Positions 1 through 11,964 of a stretch of 64,000 bases of DNA are shown piece after piece. Below the pieces are notes generated by a model, which searched no databases, was not told where the DNA came from, and was given only the letters and a program-made list of their open reading frames with translations. This stretch comes from the human T2T-CHM13v2.0 reference genome, Homo sapiens: positions 22,464,001-22,528,000 of the forward strand of contig CP086569.2 in assembly GCA_009914755.4 (NCBI GenBank), read 5' to 3'. The stretch's first letter is position 1. The number at the start of each line of letters is the position of its first letter. The translations under genes and the position numbers were made by a program.

Positions 1-14
1 TCTTTTGCTGACAC

Positions 15-2455
15 CCACCTCTGGGATCTCAGATCTGCTGCTATCACCCAAAAAACCCCTCCAGAACACACCAGACTTATATCAATCCCTATGGGACCCA
101 ATTCTTTCACACAGCCTCCTTTGGGAACGGACTCAGAAGAGCAGTTTCCATGACCACTTCATGGTCTTGAAATGCCTCCTCCTCCAGTGGAACACAACCA
201 TGGAGATGGCTTGAATAACCCCCAAAGTTGAGACTTTTAGGGTCCTGCAATGGGTTTCACAGGCAGCTTATTTCCTGATACCAGACTGACTCTGCCTCTG
301 CCATTTTCCTCTGCTTAGGCAGGCTGACGGGTCTGAGAGCCAACGCCCAAGCCTGCCTCATTAATGTGCATGCACTAGTCTCAGGGCACCAGGCCTTATT
401 GTGAGCTCTGGCTAGCTTCACAATGAATGCCACCTTTGCCTAGCGACAAGTCCCTGCAGCTTGGCAGATAAAGAGACCTCCGTGGAGGTGTGTCAGCAGT
501 GGACTCTCACCTGTCTTCTCTGTTGGATCCATGGGATAGTCCCGTGATCCCAGGAGAGGGCAGACATGAGCCAGCCAGAAGTAACATCAAACAGAGCCCT
601 AGGAATAAACTGTGAAATCCATGAGAATACAAAACAATCTGCAGAATTCCTCAAACCTGTTTAGACTTTGTAGGGTTGAGTCTTTTTGAAATTGCTCTAC
701 TGTGATATCCAGGTATACTGGCTGTGTTCCCTGAGGTTGCTCTTTCCCAAATGCGGCTTCCTGCAGAACCACACAGCCTCAGGAGCTGCCAGCCTGTGTG
801 TTTCTGTGAAAGTATTGAGAGTGTTGGATGTCTGCGTGTGTGTGTGTCTGTGTGTGTGCATGTTAGAATATAAGTGGAGTATTCTTAAAGGAATGTGGCT
901 AACACATTTTAGCACTTCTTTTTTTTGAGTCTCCCAACTTTTTGGTGGCCTGTCTGTACAGCACTGCTTGGGCTGTGGGGCTCCATGTTCTTTAGTTTTC
1001 TGTGGATCATAAATCCCCAGTGAATTGGGAGGCAGGCTGAGACCCACCAGTGTCAAACTCATCTCCCACTCCAAAAGAAAGCCACTCTTAGAAAAAAGGG
1101 GAGCACACCACATGAAAAAACAGTCATCTCTGAGTGTTTCATTGTCCTGCAAACAATGCAGGGAGATACACTAGCAGTCCTGTCCATAGGGCCCTTGAAT
1201 TTACCTCAAATTCAGGTCCCAGCCAAGCAGTTGGTTCACATCATAAGGGGGCAATACTCCATCGTCTTGGGTTTTCATTTTGGGACATAGAGTGTGAGCA
1301 ACAATAAGGTCAGACAGGGGTGAGGATACAATCTGGTGGGAATTGGATGAGATCCCACAACTTCAACTGCAAAAAAATAAAGACAGATGACACAGAAGGT
1401 ACTTCCAACTCCATCCCAACATTCCCTTAATTGCACAAGCAGTCCACACCATGGCCCAGTGTTCAGGTGAAAGTATTCCAATGTGCAAGAAATATTTGGG
1501 GAGCAAACTGGGGTCATCCTGGCAAACTCTCAATTTGCAGGCTTTCATACTGGGAGCAAAATGGGAATGAAATGGTTTGATGGTAGATGGGAAGTGGCCT
1601 CCACACTTGCCCCTTCTTTCTCTGATGTCCATGTTTCTTGTCAGTGTAGGGTTTCCTATGTCTGGCTCAATGACTTCCACAATACATGTTTCTCAGTTCA
1701 CAGAGAATGACCCTAATGGGAACCCATTGCATGAGTGTTTCCTTCTAAACACTTTCACAATTTAATGACTGGGCAGCTTTGATACTTTTAAAACCATAAA
1801 TAGCCACCAACAAGGAAACTCTTGTTTTTTTTCACTTCTATTGGCATTCTGCATGATTCCTGTAGGGTGAGAAGCAGTCAGCCCTGTCTGGCTTTTGCCT
1901 GGTAGTCTAGCCTCTGATTTTTTTCATCTGCATGGTCATCTTATTGAGCAGGTATTCTTTCATTGGGCTGTGGCTGGATGGGACTGCCTCTCACCAAAGA
2001 TTATTTTGCTTCCCAGGATTTCAAAGAGCAAAAGGGACTTTGAGGAGTCTGGCTGCACTCCAAGTTTCGATCTGTTGTCTCAGGTGGGGGCTGAAGTTGT
2101 TTGCAATTTGCAGGAGGCTTTTGGGTTCTCTGACAAGAAGCATTGAACATTGCTTAAACTCCAGCTCAGTGCAGCTCATTCTGTCAGGTGAGCATTGATT
2201 TTTCTTTGCTTTTATGGGAAATCCACAGTGTCCTTCAACAGCTCTACCGGACATCATTTTCAGGCTTGCCATCATCAAAGATGACCTCTGAGACATGGTC
2301 TCTACCTCATCTTCACCCATAAGAGGTCAGTCCAAGGTGTGAGAATATGGTTCAAACTTTGACTTGCCTTTTTCATGGTTCCTGCCTTTCTCAGAGAGCC
2401 CCTGCTAGGCATAGGATGATGGAGGTAGTGAGGTCAAGAGCCCAGACATCTTTGC
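15..2455 (+). repeat. macrosatellite unit F1 (forward)
   Basis: bounded by recurrent unit-start motif; contains (GT)n at 833-870. Confidence 0.75.
833..870 (+). repeat. (GT)n microsatellite (imperfect) within unit F1
   Basis: tgcgtgtgtgtgtgtctgtgtgtgtgcatg. Confidence 0.9.
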
Positions 2456-4940
2456 TAAAAAATGCCTCTGGGGTCTCAGGTATGATGCTATGACCCAAAG
2501 AACCATCAACAACACACCAGACAGACTATATGCCAATCACCATGGGACCCGATTCTTGCAGACACACATTCTCTTTTGGGAATGGATTTCAAAGGGCAGT
2601 TTTCAGTGACCACCTCAGAGTCTTGAAACACCTCATCCTCCATCAGGACACAACCACAGAGATGGTCCAAATGAGCCCTGAGGTCGAGGCTTTTATTGTC
2701 CTGCCATGGGTCTTCACAGGCAGCCTTTTTCTTGATACCAGGCCAGCTCCGACTGTACCATTTTCCTCTGCTTAGGCAGGCTGAATGCTGTTACAGCAGG
2801 ACACATAAGCCTGTCTCAGGAATCCACATAAGCTAGTCTCAGGGCACCAGTCCTGAGTGTGAACTCTGTCTAGAGTCACAGTGAATGTCACTGTTGCCTA
2901 GCGACAAGTCCCCGCGGCTTTGTGGAGAAGACTCCCAAGGAGGAGACCTCCATGGAGGTTCGTCGGCTGAGGTCTCTCACCTGTCTACTCTGTGAGATCC
3001 ACAGGATAGTCCCATAATCCTAGGATAGGGAGGATGTGAGCCAGCCTGAAGAAACATCAAGAAGAGCCCCAGGAATAAGCTGCCAAATCCCTAAGGATCA
3101 AAAAACATCTGCATGCTGTCTAGATGTTGGAAGGGTGTCTTTTTGGAACTTGTCTTAACTGTGATTTTTAGGTACAGCCCATCTCTTTTCCTTGGAGTTA
3201 CTTTGTCTCAGATGGGGCTTCCTGCATAATCCTGCAGCCTGAGGAGCTGACAGGCTATGTGTTTTTGTGGGAGTGTTGCAAATGTTGGATGTCTGCCTGT
3301 GTGTGTGTTATTGTGTGTTTGTGTATCTGTGTGTGTGTGTGCCGTTAAGTGGAGTCTGCTTAAAGGAATGTGGCTAAAGCACTTCAGTGTTTTTTTATTT
3401 TTTTAGTATATTAACCTTTTGGTGGCCTGTCTCTGTGGCTCTTTTGGGCTGTCAGGCTTGTGTTATTTATTTTTCTGTGAATCATGAATCCTCAGTGATT
3501 TTGGAGGCGGGCCAAGCCTGCCGGCAACCAAGGTATCTCCCCGTACAATAAAAGCCACTCTTCTAGAAAGAAGAGGAGCACACCATACCAAAAAAACAGA
3601 CATTTCCCGATGTTTCATTTTCCTGCAGCCAACCCAGGTAGAGAAACTAGCAGTCTAGTCCTCAGGGCCCCTATATTTACGTCAAATTCAGTTCCCAGCT
3701 GATCAGGCGCTATACATTGTGAGGGGACACTCCTCCCTCGTTTTGGGATTTCATCCTGGGACATAGAATATGAGCAGAAATAAGGTCAGATAAAGGTGAG
3801 GATATAATCTGGTGACAAGGGGAAGGGGTCCCGCAACTTCACCTGCAAAAAGATAAAGACAGATGACACAGAAGGTGTTTCCAATTCTATGCCCGCATTC
3901 CCTTAATTGCACAAGCAGTCCACAACATAGCCAGGAGTTCAGGTGGCAGAACTCCTACGTGCAAGGAACATGTGGAGTGCAAATTGACACCATCCTGGCA
4001 AACTCCTGATTTAAGGGCTTTCATACCTAGAGCCAAATGGCAGTGGAATGGATTGATGCTGGGTGGGATGTGGCCTCCATACTTCCCCCTTCTTTTCCTG
4101 ACTTCCATGTTCCTGGTCAGCCTAGGGTTTCCTGGGTCTGGCTAAATGACTTCCACACTAAACGTTTGCCTGTTGCTGGTGAATGACCCTCAGTGGAATC
4201 CACTGCATGAGCGTTTTCTTCCAAACACTGTCACGTTTTAATGACTGGACAGTTTTGATACTTTAAAACAATAAATTCCCATTTCAGCCACCAACAAGGA
4301 AACTCTTATTCTACCACTTCTATCAGAGGCCTGCATGATTCCTGTAGGAGGAGAAGAAGGCAGCTGTGTGTACATTTTACCGGGCAATCGAGGCTCTGTT
4401 TCATTAAATCTGCATGGCTCTCTCACTGTGGAGGGGCTCATTCATTGAGCTGTTGCTGGATGGGACTGCCTCTCACTACAGATTGTATAGCTTATCAGGG
4501 TTTCAGAGAGCAAAAGGGACTTCGAATAGGCTTACTGTGCTCCACATTTTGGTCTATGGTCACATTTTGGGGGCTGAAGTTGCTTGAACTTTACAGTAGG
4601 ATTTTGGGTCCCCTGACAGAAATCACTGAACATTGCTTGGACTCCAGCACAAGGCAGCTCGTTTCCTCAGGCAAGCCTTGTTTTTTTCTTGCTTTCATGG
4701 AAAACCCACAATGCCCCTTAACAGCACTGCTGGACACAATTTTCAGGCTTACTATCACCACAGATGGCCTCTGAGACACTGTGTCAACATCATCTGCACC
4801 AAGAAGAGACCAGTCTGAGGTGTGAGACAACTGCTCCACCTTGGGCTTTCCTCGGTCATGGTTCCTGACTTTTCCAGAGGGCCCCTGTGAGGCCTAGGGT
4901 GAAGGGAGGCCATGAGGTCAAGCTCGGGCATCTCTCACTG
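2455..4940 (+). repeat. macrosatellite unit F2 (forward)
   Basis: paralogous to F1 along its whole length; (GT)n at 3297-3351. Confidence 0.75.
3297..3351 (+). repeat. (GT)n microsatellite (imperfect) within unit F2
   Basis: ctgtgtgtgtgttattgtgtgtttgtgtatctgtgtgtgtgtgtgcc. Confidence 0.9.
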
Positions 4941-7349
4941 ATGCTCACCTCTGGGCTTTCAGGTATAATTCTATCACCCAAAGAACCCCAACAACACAAC
5001 AGATTCTATTCCAATCTCCATGGGACCTAATTCTTATGCACAGCCTCTTTCAGGAATAGAGCCAGAAGAGTAGTTTCCAGCGACCACCTCACAGTCCTGA
5101 AGTGCCTCCTCCTCCAGTGGGACCCAACTATGGAGATGACCCAAAGGGGCCCTGAGGTTGAGACTTTTAGAGTCTCACAGTGGGTTTTCATAGGCATCAT
5201 TTTTCCTGATACCAAGGCGTCTCTGCCTGTATCATTTTCCTCTGCTTAGTCAGGCTGAGAGCTCTGACATCTGGGCACCAGAGCCTGCCTCACGAATGTT
5301 CATGAGCTAAGCTCAGGGAACCATTCCTGATTTTGGACTCCAGAGGAGACCTCTGTGGAGGTGCGTTGGTGGTGCACTCTTTGCCTGTCTTCTCTGTGGG
5401 ATCCACAGAATAATCTCATGATCCTATGAGATGGCAGATGTGAGCGAGCCTGAAGAAATGTCAAGCAGAGCCCTAGGAATAAACTGCAAAATCCCTAAGG
5501 ATCCAAAAGCATCTGCAGGATTCCTCAGGCCTGTCTAGATGTTTTAGGGGTGAGTCTTTTTGAAACTTGCCCCTCTGATATTTTTAGGTAAAACCCACCT
5601 GTGTTCCCTGGGATTGCTCTCTCCCAGGTAGGGCTTCCTGCAGAAACATGCAGCCTCAGAAGCTGTCAGGTTCTGTGTTCCTTTGGGAGTGTTGTGAGTG
5701 TAGGATTTCTGTGTGTGTGTGTGTGTGTGTGGCATTGTGTGTTTGTGTCTGTGTGCCTGCAAATGGAGTCTGCTTAAAAGAGTGTGGCTAACACACTTCA
5801 ATCCTCTTTATTTGAGTCCCTCACCTTTTATTTTGGTTGCTTGTCTGTTTGGCTCTGCTTGGGCTCTGGGGCTCCATGTTTTTTTATTTTTCTGTGGATC
5901 ATGAATACGCAGTGTCTAAATCACCTTCCCCTGCAAAAAAACAAAACAAAACACTCTTCTAGAAAGAAGAGGAACACACCACACCAACACACCAAAAAAC
6001 AGACATCTCCCAGTGTCTCATTGTCCTACGGTCAACCCAGCAAGGGACACTAGCAGTCCTGTCCTCAGGACCAATTGAATTTACCTTGAATTCGGTTTCT
6101 AGCTGAGCAGGTACTTCAGGTTAAAGGGGCACTCCTCAATTGTCTTGGGATTTCATCCTGGGACATAGAGTGTGAGCAGAAATAAGGTCAGATAGGGATG
6201 AGAATACAATCTGGTGAGGAGTGGATGGGTCCTGCAATTTCAACTGCAAAAAAAATATGAAGACAGATGACACAGAAGGTGCTTCCAACCCCATCCCCCT
6301 ATTCTGTTAATTGCACAAGCAGTCCAACCATGACCTGGTGTTCAGGTGGAAGTAATCCAACAGGCAGGGAACATTTTGAGTGCAAATTGGGCCCATCCTG
6401 GCAAAGTCTGGATGTATGTTTTTCATACCCATAGCCAAATGGAACTGGAATGGGTTAATACTGGGAGGGGTGTGGCCTCCAAACTGGCCTCTTCTTTTCT
6501 TGACTTCCATGTTCCTCATTGGCCTAGGGTTTCCTGGATCTCCACCCAATGACTTCCACACTAAATTTTCCCAATTCTCGAGAACCACCCTCACGGGAAT
6601 CCATTGCATGAGTGTTTTCTTCTAAACCCTGTGAGGTTTTAATGACTGGGCCTCATTGATAATTTAAACCTGCAAATTGCCTTTACAGCTGCCAACAAGG
6701 AAACTCTTGTTCTTTCACTTCTTTCGGAAGGCTGCATGATTCCTGTAGGATGAGAAGTAGGCAGCCGTGTTTGGCTTTTGCCTGGTCATCTAGCTTCTGT
6801 TTCTTTTCATCTGCAGGCTCTTCTCATTGCTGAGTGGATCTTTCATTGTGGTCTTGCTGAGTGGGACTGCCTATCGCCACACATCTTTTGGCTGCCAGTA
6901 ATTTCAGGGAGCAAAACAGACTTTAGGTAGGCTGGCTACACTCCAGGTTGTGGGTGGTGGTCTCATTTTGGGGGCCAAGTTTGTTTGCACTTTGCCAGGG
7001 GCTTTAGGGTCTTCTGACAGAAATCTTTTAACATTGCTGTGTCTCCAGCACTAGTCAGCTCATTCTCTCAGGCGAGCTTTGATTTTTCTTTGCTTTCTCT
7101 GGGGAGTCCACATCGCCCCTCAACAGCGCTACTGGACAACATTCCAGGCTTGCAATCTCCACAAACGGCCTCTGAGACACTGTCTCAACCTCATTTGCAC
7201 CCGTGAGAGGTCAGTTCGAGGTGTGAGAACACTTCTTCAACTTGAACCTCCTTTTGTCATGGTTCCAGCCTTTCCCCAAGAGCCCCTGTGAGGGCAGGAT
7301 GAACGGAGGCAGTGAGATCAAGGGCCCGGCCATCTTCCACAGACACCCG
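4940..7349 (+). repeat. macrosatellite unit F3 (forward)
   Basis: paralogous to F1/F2; (GT)n at 5710-5757. Confidence 0.75.
5710..5757 (+). repeat. (GT)n microsatellite within unit F3
   Basis: gtgtgtgtgtgtgtgtgtgtggcattgtgtgtttgtgtctgtgtg. Confidence 0.9.
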
Positions 7350-8205
7350 CCTCTGGGGTCTCAGGTGTGATTCCATCACCCGAAGACCCCCAGAAACTCA
7401 CCAGACTATATTCCAATTCCCATGGGACTTGATTCTTACACACAGCCTCTTTCAGCCATGGAGTGAGAAAAGCAGTTTCCCGCGTCCTCCTCACAGTCTC
7501 AAAATGTGTCCTCCTTCAGCGAGACCAGACCACGGAGACGACCCGACGGAGCTCTGAGGTCGACGCTTTTAGTGTCCCACAGTGGGTTACTGCAGTCAGC
7601 CTTTTTTCCCATAACAGGCCGGCTCTGGCTGTACCATTTTCCTCTGGTTAGGCAGGCTGACAGCTCTGACAGCCGGGCGCCCAACCTTGCCTCGTGAATG
7701 CGCATGCGCTAGTCTCAGGGCACCAGACCTGAACTGTGAGCTCTGGCTGATGTCTCAATGAATGCCACCATTGCCTAGAGACAAGTCCCTGTGGCTTAGC
7801 GGAGAAGGAAACATCTGCGGAGGTGGGTCGGCCACAGACTTTCGCTTGTACTGTTTGTGGGACCCTCAGCATAATCTCATGATGCTAGGAGAATGCTGAC
7901 CTCAGCCAGCTTAAGGAAACTTCAAGCACAGCCTCAGGAATTCACTGCGAAATCTCTAAGTGTCCAAAAGGATCTGCAGGATGCCTCAGGCCTACCTAGA
8001 CGTTGCAGGGGTGAGTCTTTTTGAAAATCGTCCCACTGTGTTTTCTAGATACAGCCTGCATGAGTTCCCCAAGGTTACTCTCTCCCAGGTGAAGCTTCCT
8101 GCAGAACCACGCAGCCTCAGGAGATGCCGGGCTGTGTTTTTCTGTCAGAGTGTTGTAAGTTTTGGATGTCTGCATCTGTGTGTGGCTTTGTGTGTTTCCC
8201 TGTGG
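7349..8205 (+). repeat. macrosatellite partial unit F4 (forward, unit positions ~0-875), CpG-rich copy
   Basis: matches unit start through the (GT)n tract, then switches to reverse-complement unit sequence at ~8213. Confidence 0.7.
8175..8196 (+). repeat. short degenerate (GT)n at inversion junction
   Basis: ctgtgtgtggctttgtgtgtttcc; paralogous position of the unit (GT)n. Confidence 0.6.
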
Positions 8206-8466
8206 AAAAGACTGCTAGTGTCTCTCTCTGGGTTGGCTGCAGGACAATGGAACACTGGGAGACCTGTTTTATGGTGTGGTGTGCTCCTCTTCTTTCTAGA
8301 AAGGAAAAGTGTTTGTTGTTGTTCTGCTGGCAGAGGTGATTTGGACGCCAGCGGGTCATGGCACACCTACCAATTTGCTGCAGATTCACGATCCACAGAA
8401 AAATAAAGAAAAGCCCCGCGGCCCAAGCAGAGCCACACAGACAGGACAACACTAGGTTGGGAGACT

Positions 8467-8490
8467 AAAAAAAAAAAAAAAAAAAAAAAA
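8467..8490 (+). repeat. poly(A) tract (24 nt) at the unit purine-tract position
   Basis: run of a at 8467-8490; the paralogous position in R1 is an (AAG)n expansion. Confidence 0.9.
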
Positions 8491-8542
8491 GGGTGCTTAA
8501 GTGTGTTAGCCTCATTCCTTTAAACAGACTCCACTTACCGGC

Positions 8543-8578
8543 ACATACACACACGCACACACATACACATACACACAG
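8543..8578 (+). repeat. (CA)n microsatellite (reverse-oriented copy of unit (GT)n)
   Basis: cacatacacacacgcacacacatacacatacacaca. Confidence 0.9.
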
Positions 8579-10945
8579 TCAAACATCTAACACTTGCAAG
8601 TCTCCCAGAGAAACACACAGTCCAGCAGCTCCCAAGGATGCGTGCTTCTGCAGGAAGCCCCACCTGGGAGAGAGCAAACTCGCGGAACACAGGTGGGCTG
8701 TATCTAGAAATCACAGTGGGGCAAGTTTCAAAAAGACCCACCCCTACAAAGTCCACCCAGGCCTGAGGAATTCTGCAGATCCTTTTGGATTCTCAGGATT
8801 TCTCAATTTATTCCTGGGGTTGTGCTTGAGGTTTCTTCAGGCTGGCTGACGTCTGCCCTCTCTTAGGATCATGGGACTATCTGGTGAATCCAACAGACAA
8901 GACGCAAAAGCCCACTGCCAACGCACCTCCACGGAGGTCTCCTTTGCCGCAAAGCTGCAGGGACTTGTAGTTAGGCAACTGTGACATTCGTTTTGACGCA
9001 AGCAAGGGCTCATAATCAGGACTGCTTCCTTGAGTCTAGCGCATGCGCATTCGTGAGGCAGGGAAGGCCTCCAGGATAGCACAACTGTCAGGCTGCCTAA
9101 GCACAGGAAAATGTACAGGCAGAGCCGGCCTGGTATTGAAATAAAGGATGCCTGCAAACACCCACTGTGGGGCACCAAAATCCTCGACCTCAGGACCCCT
9201 TGGGCCATCTCCGTGGTCGGATCCCACTGGAGAAGGAGGCGTTTTGAGACTGTGAGGTGGTCGCTGGAAACTGCTCTTCTGACTTTATTCTCCAAAGAGG
9301 TTGTGTGCAAAAATAGGGTCCCATGGGGATTGGAATATAGTCTGGTGTGTTTCTGAGGGTTCTCTGGGTGATGGAAACATGCCTGAGACCCCAGAGGTTG
9401 GTGCCAGTGAAAGATGGTCAGACTCTTGACCTCACTGCTGCCTTTCATCCTGAGCCTCATAGGAGCTCTCTGGGAAAGGCAAATACTACGACAAGGGATG
9501 TCCAAGGTGGGGCCGTATTCTCACACCTCAGACTGGCTTCTTGCGGGTGCAGATGAGGTTGAGAGAGTATCTTGGAGACGTGTGTGGTGGTGCCAAGTCT
9601 GAAAGTGTGTCCGGTAGTGTTGCTAAGGGGCACTGTGTATTCCCCTTGAAAGCAAAGAAAAATCAAGGCTCAACTGAGAGAAAGAGCTACCTTATGGTGG
9701 AATCCAAGCAATGTTCAAAGACTCTTGTCAGAGGACCCAAAAGCTTCCTGCAAAGTGCAAAAAACCTCAGTCCCCACAAGGGGACAACAACCCACAACAT
9801 GGAGCACAGCCAACCTACCGGAAGTCCCTTTTGCTCTCTGAAATTTCTGGCAGCTTAATGATCTCTGGGAGAGGCAGTTCCAAGCAGCAACAGCCCAGTG
9901 AAGGAGCCCCTCCACAATGAAAAGGCCATGCAAATGAAGTGAAAAAGGTGCCAGATTACGAGGCAAAAGCCGACAAAGCTGCCTGCTTTTCATCCTGCAG
10001 AAATCATGCAGCCCTCTGTTAGAAGTGGGAGAACAAAAGTGTCCTTGCTGGTGGATGTAATGGAAATTTATGGTTTTAAAATTATCAAATCTGCCCAGTC
10101 ATTAAAACTGACAGTGTTTAGAAGGAAACTCTCACACAGTGGATTCCCATGAGGATCATTCTCCATGAAATGGGAAAGGTTTACTGTGGAAGTCTTTAAG
10201 CCATAACCAGGAAACACTAGGCCTACAAGAAACATAGAAGTCAGGAAAAGAAGAGGCAACTATGGAGGCCACATCTCACCCAGCATCAATCCATTCCATT
10301 CCCATTTGGCTCTGGGTATGAAAGCTCTCAAATCGGGAGTGTACCAGGATGGCCTCAATTTGCACTCCAAATATTCCTTGCATGTTGGAATACTCTCACC
10401 TGAACACCGGGCCATGGTGTGGACTGCTTGTGCAATTAATGGAATACAGGGATGGAGCTGGAAGCAACTTCTGTGACATCAGTCTTCAATCATTTTGCAG
10501 GTGAAGTTGCAGGACCCCATCCACCCTTCACCAATCTGTATCTTCACCCCTTTCTGAACTTATTGTGTCTCACACTCTATGTCCCAGAATGAAATCCGAA
10601 GATGATGGAGAAGTGTCCCCTCATGATGTGAAACACCTGATCTCCTGGGAACCGAATTCGAGTTAAATTCAAGGGGCACTGCAGACAGGACTGTTAGTGT
10701 TTCTCCCTGGGTGGGCCACAGGACAATGAAACACTGGGAGATGTCTGTTTTTTCATGTGGTGGGCTCCTCTTCTTTCTAGAAGAGTGGTTTTATTATGCA
10801 GGGGGATGCAATTTGAAAGCTGGTGGGATTCAGCCTGGCTCCCAATTCACTGCAGATTCAGATCCACAGAAAAATAAAGAACATGGAGCCCTGCAGTCCA
10901 AGCAGAGCCACACAGACTGGCAACCAAAAGGTTTGGAGACTCACA

Positions 10946-11033
10946 AAAAGAAGAAGAAGAAAAGAAGAAGAAGAAGAAGAAGAAGAAGAAGAAGAAGAAG
11001 AAGAAGAAGAAGAAGAAGAAGAAGAAGAAGAAG
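10946..11033 (+). repeat. (AAG)n / (GAA)n trinucleotide expansion, ~29 repeats
   Basis: aagaagaagaag... uninterrupted from ~10963 to 11033; produces artefactual poly-K/poly-E/poly-R ORFs. Confidence 0.95.
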
Positions 11034-11084
11034 CAGTGCTGAAGTGCATTAGCCATATTCCTTTAAGCAGGCTCCACTTACAGG

Positions 11085-11152
11085 CAAACACACCCACACA
11101 CATAAGCACTCACAAACACATAATGCCACACACACACACACACACACACACG
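11085..11152 (+). repeat. (CA)n microsatellite in unit R1
   Basis: acacacccacacacataagcactcacaaacacataatgccacacacacacacacacacacacacgc. Confidence 0.9.
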
Positions 11153-11964
11153 CAGACATCCAACACTCAAAATAATTCCAGAGAAATTCACAACCTGGCA
11201 GCTGCTGAGGCTGTGAGGTCTGCAGGAAGCCATACCAGGGAGAGAACAACCCCAGGGAACACAGGTGTGCTGTACCTAGAAATCATAGTGGAGCAAGTTT
11301 CAAAAACACTCACCCCTACAAAGACTAGGCAGGCCTGAGGAATCCCGCAGATAATTTTGGATCCTTATGGATTTCATGGTTTATTCCTAAGACTGTGCTT
11401 GATGTTTTTTCAGGCTGCTTCATGCCTGCCCTCTCCTAGGATTATGGGAATATCCCACGTATCCCACAGAGAAGACAGGTGAGAGTCCACCGCCGACTCA
11501 CCGCCACGGAGGTCTCCTTCTCTGTCAAGCTTCAGAGGCTTGTCCCTAGGCAGCAGTGACATTTGTTTTGATGCTAGCCAGAGCTCACAATCAGGCCTGG
11601 TGCCCTAAGACTGGCACATGCATATTCGTGAGTCAGGCTCTGGTGCCAGGCTCTCAGAGCTATAAGCCTGCCTCAGCAGTGGAAAATGGTACAGGCAGAA
11701 TGAGCCTGGTATTGTAAAAATGGCTCCCTGTCAAAACCCACTGCAAGATGCTAAAAGTCTTGAACTCAGGGACCCTTCATGCCATCTCCATGGTTGGGTC
11801 CTACTGGAGAGAAGGCATTTCTACAGTGTGATGTGGTCACTGGAAACTGCACTTCTGACTCCATTCTTGAAAGAGGCTGTGTGCAAGAATCAGGTCCATG
11901 GGGATTGGAATATATTCTGTTGTGTTGTTGTGGGTTCTCTGAGTAACAGAATCATACCTGAGAC

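Larger units (their letters stand above)
8213..9385 (-). repeat. macrosatellite partial unit R0 (reverse, unit positions ~1180 to 0)
   Basis: 8213-8250 'gactgctagtg..gcaggacaatg' is the rc of forward unit ~1135-1180 'cattgtcctgcaaacaatgcagggagatacactagcagtc'. (CA)n at 8543-8578 is the rc of the unit (GT)n. Confidence 0.7.

Noticed and set aside
8837-9505. Longest ORF in the array (222 aa, minus strand) and many 60-170 aa ORFs inside macrosatellite units
   Set aside because: No recognisable protein similarity. Not conserved between paralogous units (other copies have stops). They arise from the 50% GC repeat sequence; treated as spurious.
10711-11338. ORFs encoding poly-Lys/Arg, poly-Glu and poly-Ser/Phe runs
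   Set aside because: They are the three reading frames of the (AAG)n expansion and the (CA)n tract. Microsatellite artefacts.
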